The notes beneath the pieces are model-generated. The model worked only from the letters and a program-made list of their open reading frames with translations, was not told where the DNA came from and did not search any database. From Eubacteriales bacterium (lineage in GTDB: Bacteria > Bacillota > Clostridia > Oscillospirales > UBA644), in NCBI GenBank assembly GCA_045543655.1, contig JAZPXN010000027.1, forward strand, positions 64,710 to 128,709: a stretch of DNA of 64,000 nucleotides. Direction: 5' to 3'. Of the stretch, positions 56,282 through 64,000 are shown piece after piece. Each line of letters opens with the position of its first letter. The stretch's first letter is position 1. The translations under genes and the position numbers were made by a program.

Positions 56282-57439
56282 TTATTTTTGACTCGCTACG
56301 GTCCGATCCACGCCTTCCGCAAGCACGCGCAGAACCTTCATATTGTGGTCCACGAAGACCAGGTCCGCCCGTTTCCCCACCGCAATTTCGCCCCGGTCAA
56401 AGAGACCTACGGCAACGGCGGGATTATAGGAAGCGAATTGGAACGCATTGACAACCGACGCCCCGGTATGCTTGATCATATTGCGGCAGGCAATATCCAG
56501 GGTCAGCTTGGAGCCGGCAATCTCTCCGGTGTGATCGAAATTGATATCGTCCACGCCCTCGTATCCCGGGGGAACGGGGCCGTCGCAGGCGTAGGCGTCG
56601 GAAATCAGTATGATACGGTCGTCACCCTTGATCCGACGAACCAGGCGCAGCATATACGGATCCACGTGGATACCGCGGCTGTCGCAAATCAGCTCCGCGT
56701 AGATTTCCCGATTGTAATTTACCGTTTCATCCACGCAGACACCCCGGCACTCCGGATATTTGACCCGGTCTCCCGTGGCGTTGGTATGGTGCGTCCCGAT
56801 CTTCAGCCCGTAAGGGATCAAACGTTCGATCTGCTGAGGAGAAGCCTCGCTGTGCGCCACCGTAAAGACGGCAGAAGGATTTTTTGCCTTGACGTCCAGA
56901 ACGAAATCAAGAATCCCCTCCCGCTCCGGAGCCAAAGCCCAGACCCTTGCCAAATCCCAGGCGGCCTCCACGATCGGGCCGTGCTTTTCCCGATTCACGG
57001 GATCCTTCCAGGGATTGGATTCCCGCTCGCAGCCAAATTTCGGATTCAGATAAGGGCCTTCCATATACAGACCGGCAATATTAGAGCACTCGGGACGCTT
57101 CATCGCATCCCGAAGAATACGGATACTCCGAAGATACCCCTCGACGTCCATATTAAAATACAGGGCGGGGAGAAGGCTGGTCGTCCCGTGCCTCAGGTGA
57201 TGCAGGCAGGCCGCCGTCGGATCCTCGTCGAAGAACACCTTTCCGTCGGAATGGGTGTGGATATCCACGAAGCCGGGGCCGACGTACGCCCCTCCGGCGT
57301 CGATCACGTCGCAACCGGAAGGAACGGAAAGACTCCGCATTTCACCAAAATCCACGATCCGCCCGTCTTCAACCAACAGTATTCCGTCGGGGATATAATG
57401 ATCCCGCATGACCAGCACCGCGTTGATGATCGCAAGCAT
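56282..57439 (-). CDS. Amidohydrolase, N-acetylglucosamine-6-phosphate deacetylase (NagA)-like
   Basis: GFVDIHTHS metal motif and NagA-like length. ATG at 57439 follows AAGGAG. Confidence 0.75.
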   Translation of the reverse strand: MLAIINAVLVMRDHYIPDGILLVEDGRIVDFGEMRSLSVPSGCDVIDAGGAYVGPGFVDIHTHSDGKVFFDEDPTAACLHHLRHGTTSLLPALYFNMDVEGYLRSIRILRDAMKRPECSNIAGLYMEGPYLNPKFGCERESNPWKDPVNREKHGPIVEAAWDLARVWALAPEREGILDFVLDVKAKNPSAVFTVAHSEASPQQIERLIPYGLKIGTHHTNATGDRVKYPECRGVCVDETVNYNREIYAELICDSRGIHVDPYMLRLVRRIKGDDRIILISDAYACDGPVPPGYEGVDDINFDHTGEIAGSKLTLDIACRNMIKHTGASVVNAFQFASYNPAVAVGLFDRGEIAVGKRADLVFVDHNMKVLRVLAEGVDRTVASQK

Positions 57440-57522
57440 CGTTTCACCGCTCCTTTTCACGTAGAATGAAGAAACCCAAAAGAATTATGATCGTTTTTCA
57501 TAATTACACGGATTTCTGTTCC

Positions 57523-57551
57523 GTTATAGCACGTTTTCCCCGAATTTTCAA
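57523..57551 (-). promoter_or_regulatory. Sigma-A promoter of the NagA-like operon
   Basis: Read on the - strand: TTGAAA (57551-57546), 17 nt, TGCTATAAC (-10 at 57528-57523). Confidence 0.5.
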
Positions 57552-57685
57552 GGCGATAGAATCAAATGAGTACAAAAGTTCCGTTGAAAGGACAATACAA
57601 TTATATCACAACGCGGAACGCTTTGCAATATCGTTTTATTTGTTATTTTCCTCAATTTGTTGGGTGTGCAGGCTGTAAAGCAGGA

Positions 57686-58399
57686 TCAGATCTCGAAGGT
57701 ATATTTTTTGCCGCAGGCGTTACAATGCGTAACGATCTTGCCGTTCTCCGCAAGATCCGCCTGCTCGGCAGGAGAAAGGGCGGTGACGAAACGCATCAAG
57801 GCCGCCCGGGAGCAGGTGCATCCGAACCGGAGGGGGGTGGCTTCCAGGAATTCAAACTCCCCGGGGACTTTCCCCGCCGCAAGATCTGCCGCCGCCATCC
57901 CGCACAGCGCGGCAAGGTCGCAGGCTTCGCCGGGCAACTGCTCGGCCACGACGCAATAAAAGCCGTCGGAGGCCTCAAAAACCTTACAGCAAGCGGCAAT
58001 CTGAAGGGATTGGGCGAAATAGGCGGACACCAGCCCTTCCAGCCCCTTCCCGGTGACCATGCCGGTGTAATTTCCCCGCAGGTGAAGCTGAAGAGTCACC
58101 TCCAGCGTATCCTCCACACCGTCGCAGAACGCTTCCTTCCGCCCACGGACGATGCCGTCCTTATCGGCGGTAGCGGAAAAGGTTCCGGTCCCGGGAAGAG
58201 ACAGACGGGCGGTAACGGAAGCCTTTTCATCCTTCTGCAAGGCGGCGATACAGCAGGCAAAGACCTCCAATTTTCCCAAAAGGGAGCGATCCTCCCCGGT
58301 CAAATGATTCAACTCGGCGGAACGGTTGACGGCATCGGCCAGCGAAACGCAGAAAATACGGGCGTTGCGGGCCATATATTTGGCTACTTGTTCAGTCAT
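57686..58399 (-). CDS. hslO: Hsp33-family redox-regulated chaperone (short form)
   Basis: C-terminal zinc centre CTCS...HCNACGKKY (CxC...CxxC). 237 aa. Confidence 0.7.
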   Translation of the reverse strand: MTEQVAKYMARNARIFCVSLADAVNRSAELNHLTGEDRSLLGKLEVFACCIAALQKDEKASVTARLSLPGTGTFSATADKDGIVRGRKEAFCDGVEDTLEVTLQLHLRGNYTGMVTGKGLEGLVSAYFAQSLQIAACCKVFEASDGFYCVVAEQLPGEACDLAALCGMAAADLAAGKVPGEFEFLEATPLRFGCTCSRAALMRFVTALSPAEQADLAENGKIVTHCNACGKKYTFEI

Positions 58400-59091
58400 A
58401 ACGGTCTCCTTACGATTACGATTTTGCGCCCGTGATAGGGCAGAGTCTTTACGGGAAGGAATCCGACGGTCTTCAGATATTCCCGCAGTTCTTTTGCATC
58501 GTACCAGCGTTCCCAGATCTCCTCGTCGGCCCGGAGGAAGGAGTCCCCTTCCCGGCGGAACAGGGTCAGCTTCTGACAGGCGTAGACGCCGTCGAAGGAG
58601 CGCTGCAGGATCAGGACGGATCCGTCTGCTTCATCGATCTGAGGGACGGTATCGGCAAATAATTCTTTTTCTTTCAGGTCAAAAATAAAATAGCCGCCCG
58701 GCTCGGTAAAATTGTAAAGACGGCGAAAAAACCGCTTGACTTCCCGCTTATCCAACAGGTGGTTTACCGTATCCATGGAGGAAAAGACGGCGTGGTAGGC
58801 ACCGTACAGATCGATCTCCGGCAGAGACTGGCACATCAGGTGGGGGGAATAACCGGCGTCGGACAATTTTTCAAAGGCGGTGTCCAGCATTTCCTCGGAG
58901 GCGTCCACGCCGCTGCAATCAAAGCCCCTGCGGGACAGCTCCAGCATCAGCGCCCCCGTACCGCAACCGCAATCCAGCGCCAACGGATTCTCCGGAAGCG
59001 ACAGACGGGACAGAATGCGGTCGAGGTAATCGCCGTAATCGAAGCCGGAATTGAATCGGTCGTAATCCCGGGCAATTGCGTCGTAATCCAT
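58396..59091 (-). CDS. Class I SAM-dependent methyltransferase
   Basis: Motif I ALDCGCGTG. Its stop overlaps the hslO start (ATGA). Confidence 0.8.
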   Translation of the reverse strand: MDYDAIARDYDRFNSGFDYGDYLDRILSRLSLPENPLALDCGCGTGALMLELSRRGFDCSGVDASEEMLDTAFEKLSDAGYSPHLMCQSLPEIDLYGAYHAVFSSMDTVNHLLDKREVKRFFRRLYNFTEPGGYFIFDLKEKELFADTVPQIDEADGSVLILQRSFDGVYACQKLTLFRREGDSFLRADEEIWERWYDAKELREYLKTVGFLPVKTLPYHGRKIVIVRRPL

Positions 59092-59202
59092 AAAAAAGCC
59101 TCCTGATCTTCAAAATGTTACAGTTTTTTCAAAATTCGGTCTTTTCATTCCCGGCCGGATATGTTATAATAGAGATATACACTCAACAAACGGAGCGATA
59201 CT

Positions 59203-60552
59203 ATGAAAAAATCCTTGAAGCTGCGCCTGGGGGCGCTGTTATTCGCCCTGATCCTCGGAGCAGTGCCGCTCTTCTCCCTTGCGGAAGAAAAGACGGAAGC
59301 GCCGGAACCGGAAAAAGAGCCGGAGATCAGCGGAAAATACGCCGTGATCTTCAACGCCGACGACGGAGGAGAGATCCTGTACGGCAAAAACGAAAACGAA
59401 AAGGTATATTGCGGCTTTCTGCCCCGGGTGATGACCTGCCTTCTCATTGCGGAAAGCGGAAAGCTGGACGAAACGGCAAAGGTAACCAAAGGAATGCTGG
59501 TCAACACGCCTCAGATCTCCACGGCTCAGCTGAAGGCCGGGGACGAGCTGACCTACCGGGATCTGCTGCTTTGCATTGCAGTGGTCAATTCCCAGGAGGC
59601 GGCGGTGGCGGCGGCCACGAATCTGGCGGGGGATCTGAAATCCTTCGTCAAAATGATGAACGACAAGGCGGCGGAATTGGGCGCAGAGAATACGTTATTC
59701 ACCAACGTGACGGGGAATTTCGTTTCGAATACCAAGCAGTATTCCACCCTGACCGACTGTGCGAAAATCATCAGCGCGGCCCTGCAGCAAGAGGTAATTG
59801 CAGAAGCGGCGACCCTGCGGACGGCAAAGATCACCGTCAACGGAAAGCAAAAAAATCTTTATACCCGGAATATGCTCATCGAGCCCACGGGAAGCAATTA
59901 TAACGCGGCGGCGAAGGGACTTTTCATCTATTCCCAGAGTGCAAGCAATTCCTCCATCGCTACCTGCCGGAAGGATTCCAGCCGGAGCATTATTTCCATG
60001 ACCGTCACAGACGGTGGACTGGAAGCCGTATACAAGGACGCCGGGGTGCTTCTGGAATATTCCAAAGACCGCTACGTTTCCCGCACCCTGCTCTCCAAGG
60101 GAGACGCATTAGCGGAGGTAAAGGTCAAAAACGGGAAGGACGTGGATTTCTCGGTGCTGACGGCATCGGATTCCGTCACGGCTCTGATCCCGAAAATCTA
60201 CGGAGAAGAGAAGCCGACGCTGACCTTTGACATCCCCGCAGAGGTCGATGCCCCGGTGGAAAAAGGCGTGGTTTTGGGGACGGTGACCGTATCCTGCGGA
60301 GGGAAGGAATACGGCACGGTAGAGCTGAAGACCCAGACTGCAGTCGAGTTGGATCATTTCGAGCTGTATTCCGCAAGACTGATGGCGTTTTTCTCCAACC
60401 CGGTTCTTTGGATCATCCTGGGCGGGCTTCTGCTTCTGGTGGTCGGATATATTTATCTGGCCTACCGGCTCAACCATCCCAGAAAAAAGAAGACGCCGGC
60501 AAAGGAGACCGGGGGACGGATCCGGATGACCGGTTCAGAAGACGACGATTAA
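59203..60552 (+). CDS. PBP5/DacB-like (peptidase S11 fold) protein with degenerate catalytic motifs; signal peptide and C-terminal TM anchor
   Basis: S11-like layout, but the SxxK position reads FLPR, the SxN position reads NSQ, and no clear KTG is present. C-terminal TM helix VLWIILGGLLLLVVGYIYLAY. Confidence 0.65.
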   Translation: MKKSLKLRLGALLFALILGAVPLFSLAEEKTEAPEPEKEPEISGKYAVIFNADDGGEILYGKNENEKVYCGFLPRVMTCLLIAESGKLDETAKVTKGMLVNTPQISTAQLKAGDELTYRDLLLCIAVVNSQEAAVAAATNLAGDLKSFVKMMNDKAAELGAENTLFTNVTGNFVSNTKQYSTLTDCAKIISAALQQEVIAEAATLRTAKITVNGKQKNLYTRNMLIEPTGSNYNAAAKGLFIYSQSASNSSIATCRKDSSRSIISMTVTDGGLEAVYKDAGVLLEYSKDRYVSRTLLSKGDALAEVKVKNGKDVDFSVLTASDSVTALIPKIYGEEKPTLTFDIPAEVDAPVEKGVVLGTVTVSCGGKEYGTVELKTQTAVELDHFELYSARLMAFFSNPVLWIILGGLLLLVVGYIYLAYRLNHPRKKKTPAKETGGRIRMTGSEDDD

Positions 60553-60573
60553 AAAAAAGCAAAATATCAAAAT

Positions 60574-60599
60574 AATTCCGCACCGCAAGGTGCGGAATT
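60574..60599. terminator. Bidirectional terminator
   Basis: AATTCCGCACC (60574-60584) / GGTGCGGAATT (60589-60599), an 11-bp perfect stem with a GCAA loop. Confidence 0.8.
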
Positions 60600-60613
60600 A
60601 TCGTTGTCGAGGA

Positions 60614-61963
60614 TTATTTCTTGTCGCAACCGATAATATCCTTGACGCTGTCGAGGATCACGTCGGGGTGAACGTCAAACTTCTCAATATCCTCCACGGT
60701 GCCCTCGCCGGAGAGCACGAAAACCGAGGTGATGCCGGCGTTCAGCCCGCATTTGATATCGGTATAGAGCCGATCGCCCACGAGAGCGGTCTTTTCGGGG
60801 TCTCCCCCCTTGAACTTAATGGCGGCGAGCGCCATTTCCTTCCGGGGCTTGCCGATATAGAAGGGAGCCTTTCCGGTAGCCCGTTCCAGCATATCGCACA
60901 TCGTATGGCAGTCGGGCAGATATTTGCCCTTCTGGGCCGGGCAGACCCAGTCGGGATTGGTGGCGTAGAAGGGGACGTCCCGGGTGAGAAGCTCGCAGGC
61001 AACCACCAGCTTCTGGTAGGTCAGCTCCGTATCGTAGCCCACCAGCAGGAAATCGATCCCGTCCTCCAGGCCTTCGGCCACGGTAAAGCCGTTGGCGCGC
61101 AGTTCAGCCTTCAGGGATTCGGTGCCCACCACGTACAGCTTGGCGCCGGGCTTCAGGTCGTTGAGGAAAATACAGGCGGCCTGACCGGAGGTAAACATAT
61201 TGGAACGGTCGGCGGGAATCTTGAGACGGGCCAGCTTTTCCAGATAAGCGTCAGCGGATTTGGAGGAGTTATTGGTCAGAAAGACGTAATCTCTCCCCGT
61301 ATCCCGGAGCCAATTGATAAAATCGGCGGCGCCGTCGATGAGGTCGTTTTCCAGATAAATGGTCCCGTCCATATCCAGAAGATACAGATTTTTTTCAGCC
61401 AGAGGATGGTTCATTTTTTCTTCTCTCTTTTCGGTTGTATTTTGGGCGCTCCGGTCGGGGCCGGGAAACCCCTCGTTTTCCAGTTGATTCAGCACGCGGC
61501 CGATGCAGGAATGAAGGGACCGATTGTTGGTGACCCGGGCGTCGGCAATGGATTCGTAGATGGGGATACGGCGGCGGGCAATGGGGTAAATGCGATTGGG
61601 ATCGTCGTGAAAGACGGGGCGCTTATCGGTATTGAGGGTGGTGAGGATCGACCGGGGATGGCGAACCACGTACAGAACCTTTTCCTTCCGGAGAAGGTCG
61701 ACGTTTTCCGGCCGTTCTACGATACCTCCGCCGGTGGCGACAACACAGCGATCCAGATTTTCATTGACCCATTTCAAGGCGTCGGTTTCCCGATCCCGGT
61801 AATGCTCTTCGCCGATCTGATATAATTCGTGGATCGAAGCGTGCTCCCGCTGGGTGATAAGGCGATCCAGATCCACGAAGCGCAATTTCAACCGGCGGGC
61901 AACGATCCGACCAACGGTGGTCTTCCCCGCACCGGGCAATCCTACGAGATATAAATTCGCCAT
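60614..61963 (-). CDS. aroK: Fusion protein: shikimate kinase + HAD-IIA (NagD-like) phosphatase
   Basis: The N-terminus has the P-loop GLPGAGKTTVGR plus an AroK body. The C-terminus has DMDGTIY (HAD motif I), TNNSS and GDRLYTDI. There is no stop between them. ATG at 61963 follows AAGGAG. Confidence 0.8.
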   Translation of the reverse strand: MANLYLVGLPGAGKTTVGRIVARRLKLRFVDLDRLITQREHASIHELYQIGEEHYRDRETDALKWVNENLDRCVVATGGGIVERPENVDLLRKEKVLYVVRHPRSILTTLNTDKRPVFHDDPNRIYPIARRRIPIYESIADARVTNNRSLHSCIGRVLNQLENEGFPGPDRSAQNTTEKREEKMNHPLAEKNLYLLDMDGTIYLENDLIDGAADFINWLRDTGRDYVFLTNNSSKSADAYLEKLARLKIPADRSNMFTSGQAACIFLNDLKPGAKLYVVGTESLKAELRANGFTVAEGLEDGIDFLLVGYDTELTYQKLVVACELLTRDVPFYATNPDWVCPAQKGKYLPDCHTMCDMLERATGKAPFYIGKPRKEMALAAIKFKGGDPEKTALVGDRLYTDIKCGLNAGITSVFVLSGEGTVEDIEKFDVHPDVILDSVKDIIGCDKK

Positions 61964-62039
61964 AGCCGCTCCTTTCCTTTGATGATATATATAGTATAGT
62001 ATACAATAAAAACCCGGAATTGTCAAGGGCGGAAAGGGA

Positions 62040-62075
62040 AAATAAAAATGAACTCCCCGCTTTTACGGCGGGGAG
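62040..62075 (-). terminator. Terminator after the surface protein gene
   Basis: CTCCCCGC / GCGGGGAG stem, followed by a T-rich run on the - strand. Confidence 0.65.
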
Positions 62076-62098
62076 CTCGAAATCAATTCCGGATGGAA

Positions 62099-63439
62099 TT
62101 ATTCAGCGTCTTTGTTTTCTTCGGCAGGAGCGGCCTCGGCTTCCGCGGCAGGAGCAGCGTCAGCGGGCGTCTTCTTTTTGCTGAGAACGACCACGAGGAC
62201 AACACCGACGGCAACTACAACAACGGCAGCGACCACGAAGAGGATCCAGATGGGGAACCCGGCCTTGGGAGCGGGATCCTTATCAACGGGAGCGTTGGTG
62301 GAGGGAACGTTGGTACCTGCATCGGAGGTAACCTTATCGCTGGTCTTGTCGGAGGCAACGCCACCCTTCGGCGTCTTGGTCTTGAAGGTCTGAGGTTCAG
62401 ACTGTTCGGACTCGACACCGGAAGCGCTGACGGAAGAAACGGTCAGCTCATACAGCGTGCCGCCTTCCAGACCGGTGATGGTATAGGTGGTTTCGGTGAC
62501 GGGAGCGTCGTTGACCTTTTTACCGCCGACGTAAATGTTATAACCAGCGGCGTTCTTGGCGGCATCCCAGGTGACGATGGTATCGGTGGAGGTGTCGTCA
62601 TCGGAGCGTTCGGTCATGATGTTGGTGGGAGGAAGACCCTTGGGGTTGCCGACGGGAACGGCAGCATCGTGATAGGTAATGGTGGGCATCTGAACAAGGC
62701 AAGTACCCTTACTTCCGTTTTCACCGCCGTTAGCGATAACGCAAAGACGGATCTTGTCCCCTTCCTTGACCTTGAAGGAGGGATGAGAAACCTTCAGGGG
62801 TTCGGCGGCAGAGGTGTTGTCATAGGCGATACGGCTGATTTCCGGATCATCGGAAGCGGCGGGATACACCTTAGTGTCGTTGACCCACAGAGTAACGTAG
62901 TTGCCCCAGGTCTCGGGCTTGTTCTCTTGGGTGTTGCCGGTGCCGTAAGAGTAGATGCTGGCATCGTAGGAGATGGTGCCCTCAACGGGAACAACGTAGG
63001 TAAGAACGGCACCGGCAGTTTTCCCGGGATGGAGATACTTACCGTTGTTCATGATGGAGCAGTAGGAATAGGCGGACTCAGCCCAGGCAGATTCTGCGAA
63101 GGTGGTGTAGATGTTGTCCCAGGAGCCGTGTATCCAGCCTTCCTGATTATCTTTGTAGTAAGCAGTCATGGGTTTAAAGGTCTCATCTGCGGGATCCCAG
63201 TATTCGTAGGTCCAAAGACCGTCGCAGAAGAAGAAGCCGTCGGAGGAGTTGAAAGCACCGGTAATCGCTTCAATTTCGATGGAGCCATTGCCGTGGGTGC
63301 CGACCTCTTCGAGAGCATCCTGATAGGTATAGGTTTCTTCAACCCATTCCAGTTCCGCTGCGGAGGAATTCATAGCGAATCCAACAACGCAGGAAAGGAT
63401 CATGGCCAGAGTCATGATCAGGGAAAGCGTCTTTTTCAT
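62099..63439 (-). CDS. Cell-surface protein: signal peptide, unknown beta-rich domain, Fn3 domain, Ser/Thr/Pro/Asp linker, C-terminal TM anchor and Ala/Glu-rich tail
   Basis: Signal peptide MKKTLSLIMTLAMILSCVVGFAMNSSA. Fn3-like segment (IVTWDAAKNAAGYNIYVGG...YELTVSSV). TM helix FPIWILFVVAAVVVVAVGVVLVVVL followed by KKK. Confidence 0.75.
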   Translation of the reverse strand: MKKTLSLIMTLAMILSCVVGFAMNSSAAELEWVEETYTYQDALEEVGTHGNGSIEIEAITGAFNSSDGFFFCDGLWTYEYWDPADETFKPMTAYYKDNQEGWIHGSWDNIYTTFAESAWAESAYSYCSIMNNGKYLHPGKTAGAVLTYVVPVEGTISYDASIYSYGTGNTQENKPETWGNYVTLWVNDTKVYPAASDDPEISRIAYDNTSAAEPLKVSHPSFKVKEGDKIRLCVIANGGENGSKGTCLVQMPTITYHDAAVPVGNPKGLPPTNIMTERSDDDTSTDTIVTWDAAKNAAGYNIYVGGKKVNDAPVTETTYTITGLEGGTLYELTVSSVSASGVESEQSEPQTFKTKTPKGGVASDKTSDKVTSDAGTNVPSTNAPVDKDPAPKAGFPIWILFVVAAVVVVAVGVVLVVVLSKKKTPADAAPAAEAEAAPAEENKDAE

Positions 63440-63477
63440 AGATATTCTCCTTTTCTTGGGGAAGTTTTGTTAAACTA

Positions 63478-63506
63478 ATTATAAACTATTTTGTTGTAGA
63501 AGTCAA
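63478..63506 (-). promoter_or_regulatory. Sigma-A promoter of the surface protein gene
   Basis: Read on the - strand: TTGACT (63506-63501), 17 nt, TATAAT (63483-63478), within an unusually AT-rich spacer. Confidence 0.6.
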
Positions 63507-63696
63507 TAGCGTTTTTTGTAACGATATTTACTTAAAAATGAGATTTTCATTGATTTTACCGCGTTTTTTGGACTTTTTAATAACTCATGTGCACATGAAA
63601 CAAAAATAACGGTTGACTTTTGTGTATTTTCAACAAAAACAAGAAAGACCCCCCGCTTTTTGAGCGGGGAGTCCGAAAAATCCGGGGAATTTTCAA

Positions 63697-64000
63697 TTAT
63701 TCAGCGTCTTTGTTTTCTTCGGCAGGAGCGGCTTCAGCTTCCGCGGCGGGAGCGGCTTCAGCGGGCTTCTTCTTTTTGCCGAGAACGATCACGAGGACCA
63801 CAACGATCGCAACGACGGCAACGCCGGCCACGATAACGATCCAGATGGGGAATCCGGCCTTGGGAGCGGGATCCTTCGCGGGAGCGTCGGTGGAGGGAAC
63901 GTCGGTACCTGCGTTGGTGGAAGCGTCGTCGGAGGTCTTATCGGAAGCGGGAGCGTCCTTCACCTTCTTGGTCTTGAAGGTCTGGACGTCGGACTGCGCG
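63697..64000 (-). CDS. Paralogous cell-surface protein, C-terminal part (5' end beyond the window)
   Basis: The frame is open to the window edge. The C-terminal linker/TM/tail is near-identical to that of 62099-63439 (…KAGFPIWI…AAPAAEAEAAPAEENKDAE). Confidence 0.75.
   Translation of the reverse strand, partial: AQSDVQTFKTKKVKDAPASDKTSDDASTNAGTDVPSTDAPAKDPAPKAGFPIWIVIVAGVAVVAIVVVLVIVLGKKKKPAEAAPAAEAEAAPAEENKDAE

Noticed and set aside
1-64000. Scan for tRNA/rRNA genes, CRISPR arrays, IS elements, integrases and prophage genes.
   Set aside because: I saw no cloverleaf-like or rRNA-like segments, no regularly spaced direct repeats, and no transposase, integrase or phage-like ORFs. The only notable repeats come from gene paralogy and the 16-bp inverted-repeat pair reported above.

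Overview
This is a GC-rich, densely coding chromosomal segment with about 55 protein genes. Gene content, AGGAGG-type ribosome-binding sites and sigma-A promoters with extended -10 boxes ((G)TGCTATAAT) suggest a Clostridia-type anaerobe. That taxonomic call is inference only. I found no rRNA, tRNA, CRISPR array, transposase, integrase or phage gene.

Content from left to right:
- 1-9.4 kb: 3' end of a nucleobase permease, a large membrane protein, a Sel1-repeat protein plus an LtaS-like transferase, an RluA-type pseudouridine synthase fused to a TIGR01212 radical-SAM protein, and an amino-acid ABC transporter operon.
- 9.5-17.5 kb: a tandem array of three GH36 and one GH27 alpha-galactosidase genes plus a coupled Cys-rich mini-protein.
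- 17.5-20.9 kb: three separately promoted xylose-isomerase-like TIM-barrel paralogs with mosaic identity, and a GNAT acetyltransferase.
- 21-31 kb: a housekeeping block (phosphoglucomutase, TSCPD protein, rlmH, MBL hydrolase, murA, LysM/G5/M23 peptidase, luxS, rsmI, tRNA methyltransferase-like gene, a 57-aa ferredoxin missed by the ORF track, 2-hydroxyacid dehydrogenase).
- 31-41 kb: an ECF sigma / membrane partner / exported protein module, ogt-araC, an MFS transporter, two paralogous lipoproteins, and an MFS + GH2 operon.
- 41.4-43.8 kb: a TasA/camelysin-type (SipW-type signal peptide) beta-helix surface protein gene interrupted by one in-frame TAA. Its promoter is bracketed by a perfect 16-bp inverted repeat, making it a candidate invertible promoter.
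- 43.9-51 kb: a lysine riboswitch controlling an NhaC-family transporter, ybaK, T-box-controlled ileS, and a WYL regulator.
- 51-57.5 kb: a non-canonical seven-gene sugar-phosphate cluster (NagA-like, NagB-like, F6P-aldolase-type, TIM-type, YjbQ, FGGY kinase, CBS-less KpsF-type SIS).
- 57.7-64 kb: hslO plus a methyltransferase, a PBP5-like protein with degenerate catalytic motifs, an aroK-HAD fusion, and tandem Fn3 surface-protein paralogs.

The most interesting items are the candidate inverton with the interrupted surface-protein gene, the unassigned sugar-phosphate cluster, the mosaic TIM-barrel paralogs, and two Rosetta-stone fusions. All functional calls come from reading motifs in the translations. 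No database search was run.
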